Below, piece after piece: positions 8,106 through 17,344 of a DNA stretch of 64,000 bases. The number at the start of each line of letters is the position of its first letter. The first letter of the stretch is position 1. A model generated the notes under the pieces. It did not search any database. It was given only the letters and a program-made list of their open reading frames with translations, and had not been told where the DNA came from. The stretch is taken from positions 6,043 to 70,042 of the IMG/VR virus record IMGVR_UViG_2600255040_000002; one strand, given 5' to 3'. Origin of the DNA: a virus. Taxonomy: Duplodnaviria; Caudoviricetes. The position numbers and the translations under genes were made by a program.

Positions 8106-9300
8106 CCCGCAGCAAAAGAAAATCCTGGCTTTCCCCTACTCAAAGTACGACGCCCTCATCTGCGACGGCGCGGTCCGCTCCGGCAAGACCTCCATCATGA
8201 TGTGGGCCTTTGTGGACTGGGCAATGCGGGAGTTTTCCGGCCAGCGGTTCGGCATCTGCGGCAAGACGGTGGACAGCGCAAGCAAGAACATCATCGTTCC
8301 GTTTACCGCCATGACGCTGGCGAAAGAAAAGTACACTATCCGCTGGCGAAGGTCGGAGAAGATTCTGGAGGTCCGACGGGGAGCTGTAACGAACTGGTTT
8401 GAGGTCTTCGGCGGCAAGGATGAATCCAGTGCTTCCCTTATTCAGGGTCGGACGCTGGCCGGTGTGCTGCTGGACGAGGTGGCGCTCATGCCGCGGTCGT
8501 TCGTGGAACAAGCCATAGCCCGGTGCAGCGTAGACGGGGCAAAGCTGTGGTTCTCCTGCAACCCGGACTCCCCGCAGCACTGGTTTTACCTGGAGTGGAT
8601 ACTGAAGCACAAGGAGCGCAACGCCCTGTACCTACACTTTACCATGCGGGACAATCCTGGTCTGAGCGAAAAGACACTGGAACGGTATGAGAACATGTAT
8701 ACCGGCGTGTTTTATGATCGGTTTATCCGTGGCCTTTGGGTGGTGGCGGAGGGGCTTGTCTACCCACACTTTGGCGAGAGCTGTATCACGGACGAAGAAC
8801 CGCCGGCGGGCCGGTATTATATCTCCGTGGACTACGGAACGCTCAACCCCTTTTCCGCCGGTCTGTGGTGCGTGACAACGCAAGGGGCTGTCCGCATCAA
8901 TGAGTATTATTACAGCGGGCGTGGGACGCAGGAGCAACTGACCGACGAGGAGTATTACCAGGCGATACGGGAACTGGCCGACGGTTATAACGTGGACTAT
9001 GTGGTCATTGACCCGTCGGCGGCGTCTTTTATCACTACAGTATTCCGACACAATGAGTTCCATGTGGTCAAAGCGAACAATGACGTAATGGACGGGATAC
9101 GGCGGACCTCTGTCTATCTCAAAAGCGGGAAACTCAAAATACACCGCCGGTGCAAGGACGCTATCCGAGAATTTGGACTATACCGCTGGGACGAGGACTC
9201 AACGGTGGACAAGGTCATCAAGGCGGATGACCACGCCATGGACGATATACGATATTTCGCGAATACTATTCTGGTTCGGCATTTCCCGGTAATGAGGTGA
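8098..9300 (+). CDS. terL: Terminase large subunit (PBSX family)
   Basis: Walker A DGAVRSGKT, Walker B VLLDEV, C-terminal DHAMDDIRY. Confidence 0.95.
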   Translation: MVSPQQKKILAFPYSKYDALICDGAVRSGKTSIMMWAFVDWAMREFSGQRFGICGKTVDSASKNIIVPFTAMTLAKEKYTIRWRRSEKILEVRRGAVTNWFEVFGGKDESSASLIQGRTLAGVLLDEVALMPRSFVEQAIARCSVDGAKLWFSCNPDSPQHWFYLEWILKHKERNALYLHFTMRDNPGLSEKTLERYENMYTGVFYDRFIRGLWVVAEGLVYPHFGESCITDEEPPAGRYYISVDYGTLNPFSAGLWCVTTQGAVRINEYYYSGRGTQEQLTDEEYYQAIRELADGYNVDYVVIDPSAASFITTVFRHNEFHVVKANNDVMDGIRRTSVYLKSGKLKIHRRCKDAIREFGLYRWDEDSTVDKVIKADDHAMDDIRYFANTILVRHFPVMR

Positions 9301-9304
9301 ACGA

Positions 9305-10726
9305 ATGACCATCATCGACAAACTGAAAGAGCTGGGCTTTTCCACCATCAGCGCGGGCTTTTACGTCAAGGTCCAGGAGTGGAAGTCTTGGTATGAGGGC
9401 GACGTGAAGGGGTTCCACCGTTACCGGGTACGAAACGGGGCCGGGATGGTGCGCTGCAAGCGGTACACCCTCAACATGGGAAAGAAAATCCCGGAGGACT
9501 GGGCAAATCTTCTCATGAATGAGAGGGTTGAAATCACTCTGGATGGCACAAAGGAGCAGGAGTTTATTGACCGGGTCCTGAAGGAGAACAACTTTCGCGT
9601 GCGCTCCAACGAGATGCAGGAAATGGCCTTCGCTCTTGGCACGGTGGCTTTTATCCCCCGCGTGGTGGGCATGGGGGTCACTAAGGCGGGGCCGATTCCA
9701 GGCAGCGCAACCGATATCATCATTGACTATGTAACGGTAGAGCATATCTGGCCCCTGTCATGGCAGAATGGCGTTATTACTGAATGTGCCTTTGACAGTA
9801 TCGTCAATGTCAATGGAGAGGACTACTGCTATCTCCAGATTCACCGGAAGGTAAACGGCCTGTACGACATTGAGAACCGGCTGTATACATACCGAAACCA
9901 GAATGTTGATACTGAGGTGCCGTTGGCCTCTGTGCAGGGCTTTGAGCGGGTGCCTCCTGTAGTCCATACCGGCAGCGACCGGCGGCAATTCGTCATTGAC
10001 CGGCCCAATATCGCCAACAACTTCGATTACTCCATTCCGCTCGGGATTTCGGTCTACGCCAACGCCATCGACAGCATGAAGGGCGTTGATATCGCCTTTG
10101 ACAGCTACGTCAATGAGTTTGTGCTCGGGAAAAAGCGGGTGATGGTCAAGCCTTCCGCACAACAGTATTTGGATGGGGAGCCGGTTTTTGACCCTGATGA
10201 CCTGGCTTATTATGTGTTGCCGGAGGATATCGAGGGCGGGGCTATCATACAGCCCATTGACATGAACCTTCGGACAGCAGAGCACAGCGAGGGCATTCAG
10301 ACACAACTCAATTTGCTTTCCAGCAAGTGCGGTTTTGGAGAGACGTATTATCGATTTAACTGTGGGAACATCACCACCGCCACTCAGGTCATCAGCGAAA
10401 ATTCCACTATGTTCCGCACAATCAAAAAGCATGAGATCATCCTGGAGAGCGCCATCAAGGAACTGTGCCGGATTATTCTTCGCTTGGGCAACACGGCCAT
10501 GGGTGCCGGGTTGAATGAGGATGCGGAGGTCACTATTGATTTCGATGATAGCATCATCGAGGACAAAACAACAGAACGAAATAATGACCGGCAGGACCTT
10601 GCAGCAGGTATCATGAACGATTGGGAGTACCGCATGAAGTGGTATAACGAGGACGAGGCCACGGCAAAGAAGATGCTGCCGAAAATGGAGGACCTGACGG
10701 GCGAGAAGCAGGAGGAAGTGGAATAG
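9305..10726 (+). CDS. Portal protein (A118/SPP1 gp6-like)
   Basis: Size, position, IDFDDSII and MKWYNEDEATA C-terminus. Confidence 0.9.
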   Translation: MTIIDKLKELGFSTISAGFYVKVQEWKSWYEGDVKGFHRYRVRNGAGMVRCKRYTLNMGKKIPEDWANLLMNERVEITLDGTKEQEFIDRVLKENNFRVRSNEMQEMAFALGTVAFIPRVVGMGVTKAGPIPGSATDIIIDYVTVEHIWPLSWQNGVITECAFDSIVNVNGEDYCYLQIHRKVNGLYDIENRLYTYRNQNVDTEVPLASVQGFERVPPVVHTGSDRRQFVIDRPNIANNFDYSIPLGISVYANAIDSMKGVDIAFDSYVNEFVLGKKRVMVKPSAQQYLDGEPVFDPDDLAYYVLPEDIEGGAIIQPIDMNLRTAEHSEGIQTQLNLLSSKCGFGETYYRFNCGNITTATQVISENSTMFRTIKKHEIILESAIKELCRIILRLGNTAMGAGLNEDAEVTIDFDDSIIEDKTTERNNDRQDLAAGIMNDWEYRMKWYNEDEATAKKMLPKMEDLTGEKQEEVE

Positions 10727-10845
10727 TGAATGGCTGGAAATACATAGTTGCGGGAGCCATCATTGCTTTCCTCCTTGCCGTGGCCGGATTTTACCTGAAA
10801 TATGCGCTTTGGGTGAAGCTGCTGGAGGGGGTGGTCGGACCATGA
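10726..10845 (+). CDS. 39-aa single-TM peptide
   Basis: GGAGG RBS, GTG start; MNGWKYIVAGAIIAFLLAVAGFYLKYALW. Confidence 0.5.
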   Translation: MNGWKYIVAGAIIAFLLAVAGFYLKYALWVKLLEGVVGP

Positions 10846-12424
10846 AGTCCTACCCTTTACTCCTGAGATTCTCGACGCCCTCCCGGAGGAGCTAGCAGAG
10901 CTGTACCGCAATCTTGAAAACACGCTACTAGAGGAAATTTGTTCTAGGCTCAAAGTATCAGGGGAGCTAAACGAAGTAACGGTGTTGGACATCCAAGCAC
11001 TCCGGTCTCACGGTATCAGTCAACATGAGATTGAGCAAGCAATCAAAAGAACGACCAATATTGGCGAGAAAGAGCTGAATAAGCTATTTGACGATGTTGT
11101 AGAGCGGAACCAGAAGTATTACACCTACCTGATTAATCGATCAGATGTGACAGCCCCCAAGACGATGTTAAGCGCCTCCGATTTTGATGCCATCAGAAAG
11201 CAGACACTTGACACATTTCGCAATCTTACACAGTCTATGGCGTTTTTGCTCGACAATGGCCGAACGATGCTTCGGCCTGCAAGTGCTTACCAATGGGCAC
11301 TTGATAATGCCGTGCTGCAGATACAGAGTGGAGCAATCGGTTACGATCAGGCTATTAAAGGTGCCGTGAAACAGCTTGCAGATAGCGGCATCAAGACAGC
11401 GGAATATGAAAGCGGCCACATGGACCAAATTGATGTTGCAGTCCGCCGCGCTATTATGACTGGTATCAATCAGCTTTGCCAACAGTATTCGGAGCAAGGC
11501 ATGGATTATTTGGAAACTGATCTGGTTGAGGTCTCTGCTCATATCGGGGCGCGGAACACCGGAACCGGGCCGGAAAATCACGAGAACTGGCAAGGGAAGA
11601 TTTACCGATGGAGCAAAAAACCGAAGCAATCCAGCGGGAGATATCCTGATTTTATCGCTTCTACGGGCTATGGTACCGGACCCGGTCTGGGCGGATGGAA
11701 CTGCCGCCACCACTTTTATCCGTTTGTTGAGGGTGTCATGGAGCCGACCTATTCAAGCTCTGATCTGAACGCGATGAAAGGGAAAAATCGGGAGATATCT
11801 TTTGAAGGCAGGCAGTACGATGGATATACGGCCACTCAAAAGCAACGCCAAATAGAACGCACCGTCCGCAAGCTGAAGCGGGAACAAACCGCATATAAGG
11901 CCGCTGGACTGGAAGAGGACGCCCAAGCCGTAACAGCCCGTATCCGGCGGCTGAACAAGGAGTATAAGGCATTCAGCGAGGCGGCAGGACTGCCGTTGCA
12001 GCGGGAGCGGATGAAAGTTACCTATACGGATGCTGTATCTGAGCAAAGGGCTTCCACTCTCAAAATACAGCGGGATGCGGAAGCCCCAATCAGGCAGACA
12101 ATCCGAAGCGGTGAGTATCCGCTGGCAATCAATCCAGAGAAGCAAGCGCGGCATATGGCTGGTACGGCTATAACGGGCAGAAGTGTAATAACAGTTTCTG
12201 TGGAGGAGCTGCAAGCGATCATAAACGAAAAGGCAGGCAGCGGGAAAATCAATTTTACAGATGACTTTACAAAGTGGAAAAATACAGAAATTATTGACGC
12301 CGGGAGAGAGATTGGATATACAATCAATAGAAACGGTGATATAATAATTGCAAGATGCATCAAAATCCATTATAGCAAAAGCGGAACTCATGGCGTTCCA
12401 TTTTCGGGAAGGTGGAAAAAATGA
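10842..12424 (+). CDS. Phage minor capsid protein (MuF/min_cap2-like) fused to C-terminal Ntox50-like toxin; frameshift at codon 5-6
   Basis: GWNCRHHF capsid motif; C-terminal KQARH...KIHYSKSGTHGVP; ATG 10842 is out of frame with the main ORF by one base. Confidence 0.8.
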
Positions 12425-12630
12425 TAATTGAAAATCCTGAGATTTACTTCGGAAAGAAAATTAAAGTTTTTTCCACAAGCGGGCGCATGACGGTTGGGGA
12501 GCTCTATGGGTATGATTACGACTTTGACGATGATGGAAATGAGTTTCTGGAGTTCGATGTGGAGAATGAAAACGGTTTGCTGATCGGATTTACGGAGGAC
12601 GAAATTGAACGCATCGATATTATTGGATGA
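12412..12630 (+). CDS. Putative immunity protein for the toxin domain
   Basis: Small acidic protein overlapping the toxin stop (alternative ATG at 12421). Confidence 0.6.
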   Translation: MEKMIIENPEIYFGKKIKVFSTSGRMTVGELYGYDYDFDDDGNEFLEFDVENENGLLIGFTEDEIERIDIIG

Positions 12631-12745
12631 TAAGGCGAAATGCGTAATCGAAGCACTTCTATCAAAAGGCAACCGCGTTGAGTTGATTCCCGTAAAAGAT
12701 GGTGTTAAAATCATACATATTAAACGGGAGGAAATAAAGCTGTGA
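12623..12745 (+). CDS. 40-aa hypothetical protein
   Basis: TTG start; MDDKAKCVIEALLSKGNRVELIPVKDGVKIIHIKREEIKL; fills the gap exactly. Confidence 0.5.
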   Translation: MDDKAKCVIEALLSKGNRVELIPVKDGVKIIHIKREEIKL

Positions 12746-12939
12746 ATAATTATATATGTCATAAATGCGGTGGACTTTTGGGGTATAGAACAACTTTTGT
12801 TGGTGGATCAGACATGCCCTATACAGAAAACGAAATGTATTGTGATCGATGTGGTATTCATCTTAAAGGCGATGCTGTTCTACGAGAGAAAACAGAGGAT
12901 GAATTGGAACGGCTATATCAAGAATTGAATAATAACTAA
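12742..12939 (+). CDS. Small zinc-ribbon protein
   Basis: CHKC and CDRC; GGAGG RBS; AT-rich. Confidence 0.65.
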   Translation: MNNYICHKCGGLLGYRTTFVGGSDMPYTENEMYCDRCGIHLKGDAVLREKTEDELERLYQELNNN

Positions 12940-12981
12940 ATATTGCTCCCGCCTCTAAGCGTTGAGGCGGAAGGACTGAAC

Positions 12982-13025
12982 GGGGTCAACTTGTAAGGAT
13001 TTCTTACAGGTTGGCCCCTTTTTAT
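12982..13025 (+). terminator. Intrinsic terminator after the toxin cluster
   Basis: GGGGTCAACTTGTAAG/CTTACAGGTTGGCCCC stem followed by a T run. Confidence 0.75.
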
Positions 13026-13093
13026 TTATTCAACCATGCCGAGAGGCGTAAAACCGCAGGGCGACGGCCCTGATAATAAACGGAGGTAATACC

Positions 13094-13606
13094 ATGAGCG
13101 AACCTATCAATAACCCTACCCCTACCCCTACCCCGGCCCCTGCGCCGGAGCCCACGCCTGAGAAAACCTTCACCCAGGCGGAAGTGGATGCCATGATCGG
13201 CAAGCGGCTTGCAAAAGCCATGAAGGGTATGCCCAGCGAGGAGGAACTGACCGCCTACCGGACCTGGAAGGACGGACAGGTCGGTGAAAAGGACCGCTGG
13301 GACACGCTGACCGGGGAGCGGGACACGCTGGCCGGGAAGCTGACTGCCGCGGAGGCAGAGCGGGACCGGCTGAAGCGGGACCTGTACCTGGCCCAAAAGG
13401 GCCTGACCGGCGAGGAGGCAGAGTTTATCGCCTTCAAGGCCGGGAAGATGGTGGACGATAAGAAAACCTTCGAACAGGCCGTGGACGAGCTAACCACTGA
13501 CCGCAAAAAAACGACGTTTGATTGGACTGCTCCTGTGGGCGGCGGAAAGCCCAAAACAGGAGAAAACGACATAATGAATGCCCTGATTCGGGGCGCACTG
13601 AAATGA
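13094..13606 (+). CDS. Capsid scaffolding protein
   Basis: PT-rich N-terminus, KTFTQAEVDAMIGKRLAK, precedes the capsid gene. Confidence 0.85.
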   Translation: MSEPINNPTPTPTPAPAPEPTPEKTFTQAEVDAMIGKRLAKAMKGMPSEEELTAYRTWKDGQVGEKDRWDTLTGERDTLAGKLTAAEAERDRLKRDLYLAQKGLTGEEAEFIAFKAGKMVDDKKTFEQAVDELTTDRKKTTFDWTAPVGGGKPKTGENDIMNALIRGALK

Positions 13607-13619
13607 AAGGAGAACCTAA

Positions 13620-14591
13620 ATGGCTGTTGATATTATCGACAGAAGCAAACTTTCCGGGCTTATCCCGGAACCTATTACTCGTGAGATTATCCAGGGTGCC
13701 GTAACGGAATCCGCTGTGCTGCGGATGGCCCGTCGGCTGCCCAACATGACTAGTAAGACGCAAACCCTCAATGTGCTGGATGCTCTGCCCACTGCCTACT
13801 TCGTCAACGGCGAAGCGACCACTGGCGCGTCCGACTCCAAGGCATCTCTGAAAAAAACCACGAATATGGCGTGGGACAAGAAGAAAATCTACGCCGAGGA
13901 GATCGCTGTTATCGTGCCTATCCCCGAGGCCGTGTTGGATGATAGCGATTACGACATTTGGGGTGAAGTGCGCCCCCGCCTTCAGGAGGCATTTGGCAAG
14001 GTTATCGACGCCGCTATTCTGTACGGCACGGACAAACCCACCTCTTGGCGTGATGGCCTTGTCCCTTCGGCCACCACCGCAGGCGCTGTCGTTACGGCCA
14101 CAAACGACATTTTCAAAGACATTATGGGCGAGGGCGGCGTGATTGCCAAGGTGGAAGAGAGCGGCTATATCCCCAACGGCGTGATGGCTGCTATCCAGAT
14201 GCGGGCCAAGCTGCGGGGGCTGGTGGACAAGAACGGTCAGCCCATCTTCAAGACCGACATGCAGGGCGATACCCGCTATGCGCTGGACGGCATGAGCATG
14301 TACTTCCCCGTGAACGGCGCGTATGATCCGGAGGAATCTCTTGCCATCGTGGGCGACTGGAGCCAGCTGGTCTACGCTATTCGGCAGGACATGACTTTCA
14401 AAATTTTTGACAGCGGTGTGGTACAGGACCCCACTACCGGGAATATCCTGTATAACCTGATGCAGAACGACATGGTGGCCCTGCGTGCCGTCATGCGGCT
14501 GGGCTGGGAGATTCCCAATCCTATCAATGCTTACAACGTCGGGAACACGAAGGCTTTCCCTTTTGCTGTCTACGCACCGGCGGGGGGTTAA
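13620..14591 (+). CDS. Major capsid protein
   Basis: LIPEPITREIIQG; NLMQNDMVALRAVMRLGW. Confidence 0.93.
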   Translation: MAVDIIDRSKLSGLIPEPITREIIQGAVTESAVLRMARRLPNMTSKTQTLNVLDALPTAYFVNGEATTGASDSKASLKKTTNMAWDKKKIYAEEIAVIVPIPEAVLDDSDYDIWGEVRPRLQEAFGKVIDAAILYGTDKPTSWRDGLVPSATTAGAVVTATNDIFKDIMGEGGVIAKVEESGYIPNGVMAAIQMRAKLRGLVDKNGQPIFKTDMQGDTRYALDGMSMYFPVNGAYDPEESLAIVGDWSQLVYAIRQDMTFKIFDSGVVQDPTTGNILYNLMQNDMVALRAVMRLGWEIPNPINAYNVGNTKAFPFAVYAPAGG

Positions 14592-14989
14592 TTGGGTCTG
14601 ACACCCTAACGCTATTCCCCAGCGGTCAGACCCTATTGGGGAAACAGGTTTCCGATCTTGTGGGTGATGACCTGAAAGTTTATGCGAACGGCGCTGTAAC
14701 GGGCACATTTCATTATGTTTCTGATTATACAGAGTTCAGCAGCACCCCGGAGGAGCAGAGCGGGTATTATTTCCCGTTCCATCTGACCAAAACCGGGTCA
14801 AAAATGACCTTCAAGAAAAATGGCTCTCCCACAAAGCAAAACATCCCGTTTGATGCCGACATCATATTCCGAGTAACCAAAGACGATACCTTTGAAGTGC
14901 TTGTTGATGATTCCAGTGTGGTGAAATTTAGCTTTACTGGAGCGACGTTTGAACCGCAGGCCAAGACGAAAGCCCGCTTAAAGAAGTAA
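14588..14989 (+). CDS. Beta-rich (Ig-like) capsid extension reached by -1 frameshift
   Basis: Open in the -1 frame across the capsid stop, no RBS/ATG; G GGG GGT slip site followed by a 9-bp stem. Confidence 0.7.
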   Translation, partial: LIGSDTLTLFPSGQTLLGKQVSDLVGDDLKVYANGAVTGTFHYVSDYTEFSSTPEEQSGYYFPFHLTKTGSKMTFKKNGSPTKQNIPFDADIIFRVTKDDTFEVLVDDSSVVKFSFTGATFEPQAKTKARLKK

Positions 14990-15001
14990 GGAGGCCTCCT
15001 G

Positions 15002-15457
15002 ATGGCTTACGCAGATTATCAGTATTACAAAAATACATACCTGGGCACCGCCATTCAGGAGACCGACTTCCCGCGCCTCGCCTTGCGTGCAAGCAGCTTT
15101 TTGGACTATTACACGCAGGGCCGGGCAGGCAAAAATCAGGAACTGGATGCCTTGAAAATGGCCTGCTGTGCTGTTGCAGAGCAGTACCAGAGCATCGACC
15201 TTGCCAGCAAAGCAGCCCTGAACGCTCTCCACAACTCCGCAAACGTCGGAGAGGGCGGAGAACTGCAAAGCCAGAGCGTTGGAAGCTGGTCCAAGACATA
15301 CCGGAGCGGAGGCGAGAGCGCACAGCAGGCCACGATAGCGGCACAGGCAGCACAAGCCTCTCTTGCATCTGTTGCGGCGCAGTATTTGTCCAGTACGGGC
15401 CTCCTGTATCGCGGAAGGAGGTGCGGCTGTGTTCCCCCATGTTGTGACGCTCTATAA
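15002..15457 (+). CDS. Head-tail connector (gp8/gp15-like)
   Basis: MAYADYQYYKNTYLG...KMACCAVAE; AGGAGG RBS. Confidence 0.85.
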   Translation: MAYADYQYYKNTYLGTAIQETDFPRLALRASSFLDYYTQGRAGKNQELDALKMACCAVAEQYQSIDLASKAALNALHNSANVGEGGELQSQSVGSWSKTYRSGGESAQQATIAAQAAQASLASVAAQYLSSTGLLYRGRRCGCVPPCCDAL

Positions 15458-15872
15458 CGTGGTGACAGAAGAGGACCCTAGCACTTTTGAGGAAACAACT
15501 ACAAATCATATTACCATTCTGCGAGGAGTTCTGCTGGATGCTGTCAAGGCTAAAAACGTTAACGAAAGCGGTTTGGTTGGAGCGGATGCAGTCAACCTCT
15601 ATATTCCGACCAGCGTTGAAGCCGTAGACGGGATGACTGGTGAGCCAAAGCAGTATGTAGGGCCTATTGAATTTTGGCGGGCAGAGGACAAGAGCGGGCT
15701 TTGGACGCTTTCCACTGGAGAAAACACCTTCTTTGTAAAAGGAGAGGCCGTCCACCCTAATTGGTCTGCTCAGAAGATCGATGCCGCATATGATGATGTC
15801 TACAATGTCAACACTGTGGATTTCAAGGACTTCGGCGGAGAGATGTCTCATTGGGAAGTTGGTGGGAACTGA
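15429..15872 (+). CDS. Head closure / minor structural protein
   Basis: FPHVVTLYN...HWEVGG; position. Confidence 0.75.
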   Translation: MFPHVVTLYNVVTEEDPSTFEETTTNHITILRGVLLDAVKAKNVNESGLVGADAVNLYIPTSVEAVDGMTGEPKQYVGPIEFWRAEDKSGLWTLSTGENTFFVKGEAVHPNWSAQKIDAAYDDVYNVNTVDFKDFGGEMSHWEVGGN

Positions 15873-16288
15873 TGTTTAGCTTTGATGTCAGCTCCAATAT
15901 TGTTCCAACTGTGACGGGGCATTTGGAAGCAGCAAGCAAAAAGGCTGTTTATGCGATGGCTATCCAAGCACAAAAGGATACATCTCCATACGTTCCGGCC
16001 TTAACGGGCAATCTCGACCGAAGAACAAAAGTAGAGGAATCCAGGATTATCTATCCCGGCCCACAATCTCGCTATTTATACTACGGCAAATTGATGATAG
16101 ACCCGGCAACAGGCAGCAGTTATGCATCTTACGGAGCGACAAAAGTTCTCACCGACAAAGACCTGGTTTTCAACAAGGCAATGCACTCACAGGCGCAATC
16201 GCACTGGTTTGAGGCAAGCAAGGCGGAAAACAAGGACAAGTGGGAGCGAGTTTTTGGAAAGGCGGTGAAGCGATATTTTCGAGGATAA
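15872..16288 (+). CDS. Minor capsid / tail completion protein
   Basis: PYVPALTGNL...YPGPQSRYLYYG...AQSHWFEA. Confidence 0.8.
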   Translation: MFSFDVSSNIVPTVTGHLEAASKKAVYAMAIQAQKDTSPYVPALTGNLDRRTKVEESRIIYPGPQSRYLYYGKLMIDPATGSSYASYGATKVLTDKDLVFNKAMHSQAQSHWFEASKAENKDKWERVFGKAVKRYFRG

Positions 16289-16301
16289 AAAGCAGAGGAT
16301 T

Positions 16302-16745
16302 TTGGCATCTTCGGAGGAGGTTGACCGCATTTCACGCTCTATGCTGGTGTGGGCCAATACTTTTCCGGACAAGCCTGTGACAGTTATCAAGTATGAGTTC
16401 CTGGACATCGATGATGCCGCCGGAGATGATGCGGCCATGGCTCTGTCTACTATCCAAGGAACGTACATCACCCAGCAATATATCATCGGTGGGTATCAAG
16501 CAGAATACCAATTCAAAATCATCTACCGGATAAAGCCGGGAACCAGTAATGACAAACGGCTCCAAGCAGACGAAATGCTGAACCATTTCGGAGACTGGGC
16601 AAGAACTCAACACCCCAATTTAGGAAATGGCATTAACGCTCTGAGGGTTGAGCCGACCACACAATCCTCTAAGTTCGCGGCTTATGGAGACGGCTATGAG
16701 GACTATCAAATTTTAATGAGACTGGCCTATGAGGTCAATGTCTGA
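16302..16745 (+). CDS. Tail terminator-like protein
   Basis: Position before the major tail gene. Confidence 0.7.
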   Translation: MASSEEVDRISRSMLVWANTFPDKPVTVIKYEFLDIDDAAGDDAAMALSTIQGTYITQQYIIGGYQAEYQFKIIYRIKPGTSNDKRLQADEMLNHFGDWARTQHPNLGNGINALRVEPTTQSSKFAAYGDGYEDYQILMRLAYEVNV

Positions 16746-16750
16746 AAGGA

Positions 16751-17287
16751 GTGAATACTTTGGCAGATTTGGAGTTTAACACCACAGAAGGGCGCACGAT
16801 TGCCCGTGAACTGCTGATTGCATATCTGAATACTGGAACACCGGAGGAACCTGTATGGTCCGCCATTGGAAAGCGCGTTGAGGAGTCTGATGAGGAAATG
16901 GACTGGTCCGAGGAGTCTATCAAGGACATTTTCGGTAACACCTGGACCACACTCACAAAGCCCGTCATCACACAGAGCTTCGACCCTATCCCTCTGGATG
17001 CAGGGGACGTAGCGGCGGTGAAACTGTGGAATTTGGCAATCAAGGACCAGGACGCACAGGCTCTGGCAAATCAAGATATGCTGATCGGCCACTACTACGC
17101 AACATCTGGCGAGTCCAATTTTGCGGAGCGGTACAGCGGCGCATCCGTGTCTGTAACGCGAATTGGTGGCGCTGGCGGCGGAAACCTGGAAATTTCTTGC
17201 GACATTACATACGGCGGCACCAGAACGCTTGGGACCGTCAGCAATAGCGCAGGAACTGTAACCTTTAAAGCAGACGGAGCGGCCTAA
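16751..17287 (+). CDS. Major tail (tube) protein
   Basis: AAAGGAG RBS; followed by a terminator and chaperones. Confidence 0.75.
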   Translation: MNTLADLEFNTTEGRTIARELLIAYLNTGTPEEPVWSAIGKRVEESDEEMDWSEESIKDIFGNTWTTLTKPVITQSFDPIPLDAGDVAAVKLWNLAIKDQDAQALANQDMLIGHYYATSGESNFAERYSGASVSVTRIGGAGGGNLEISCDITYGGTRTLGTVSNSAGTVTFKADGAA

Positions 17288-17297
17288 AGACAAGAAA

Positions 17298-17335
17298 GGG
17301 CACAGTACAAAGGAATAGTGCTGTGCCCCCTTTTT
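17298..17335 (+). terminator. Attenuating terminator after the major tail gene
   Basis: GGGCACAGTAC/GTGCTGTGCCC stem plus T run. Confidence 0.7.
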
Positions 17336-17344
17336 GGAGGAATT

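Noticed and set aside
12933-12970. Pistol-ribozyme-like words (TAAATA-TTGC...CTAAGCGTTGA)
   Set aside because: No upstream P1 hairpin with a loop complementary to CTCTAA, and no 3' substrate strand; the segment forms a simple hairpin instead.
13108-13160. CCTACC tandem repeat
   Set aside because: Encodes the ordinary Pro-Thr linker of the scaffold protein.
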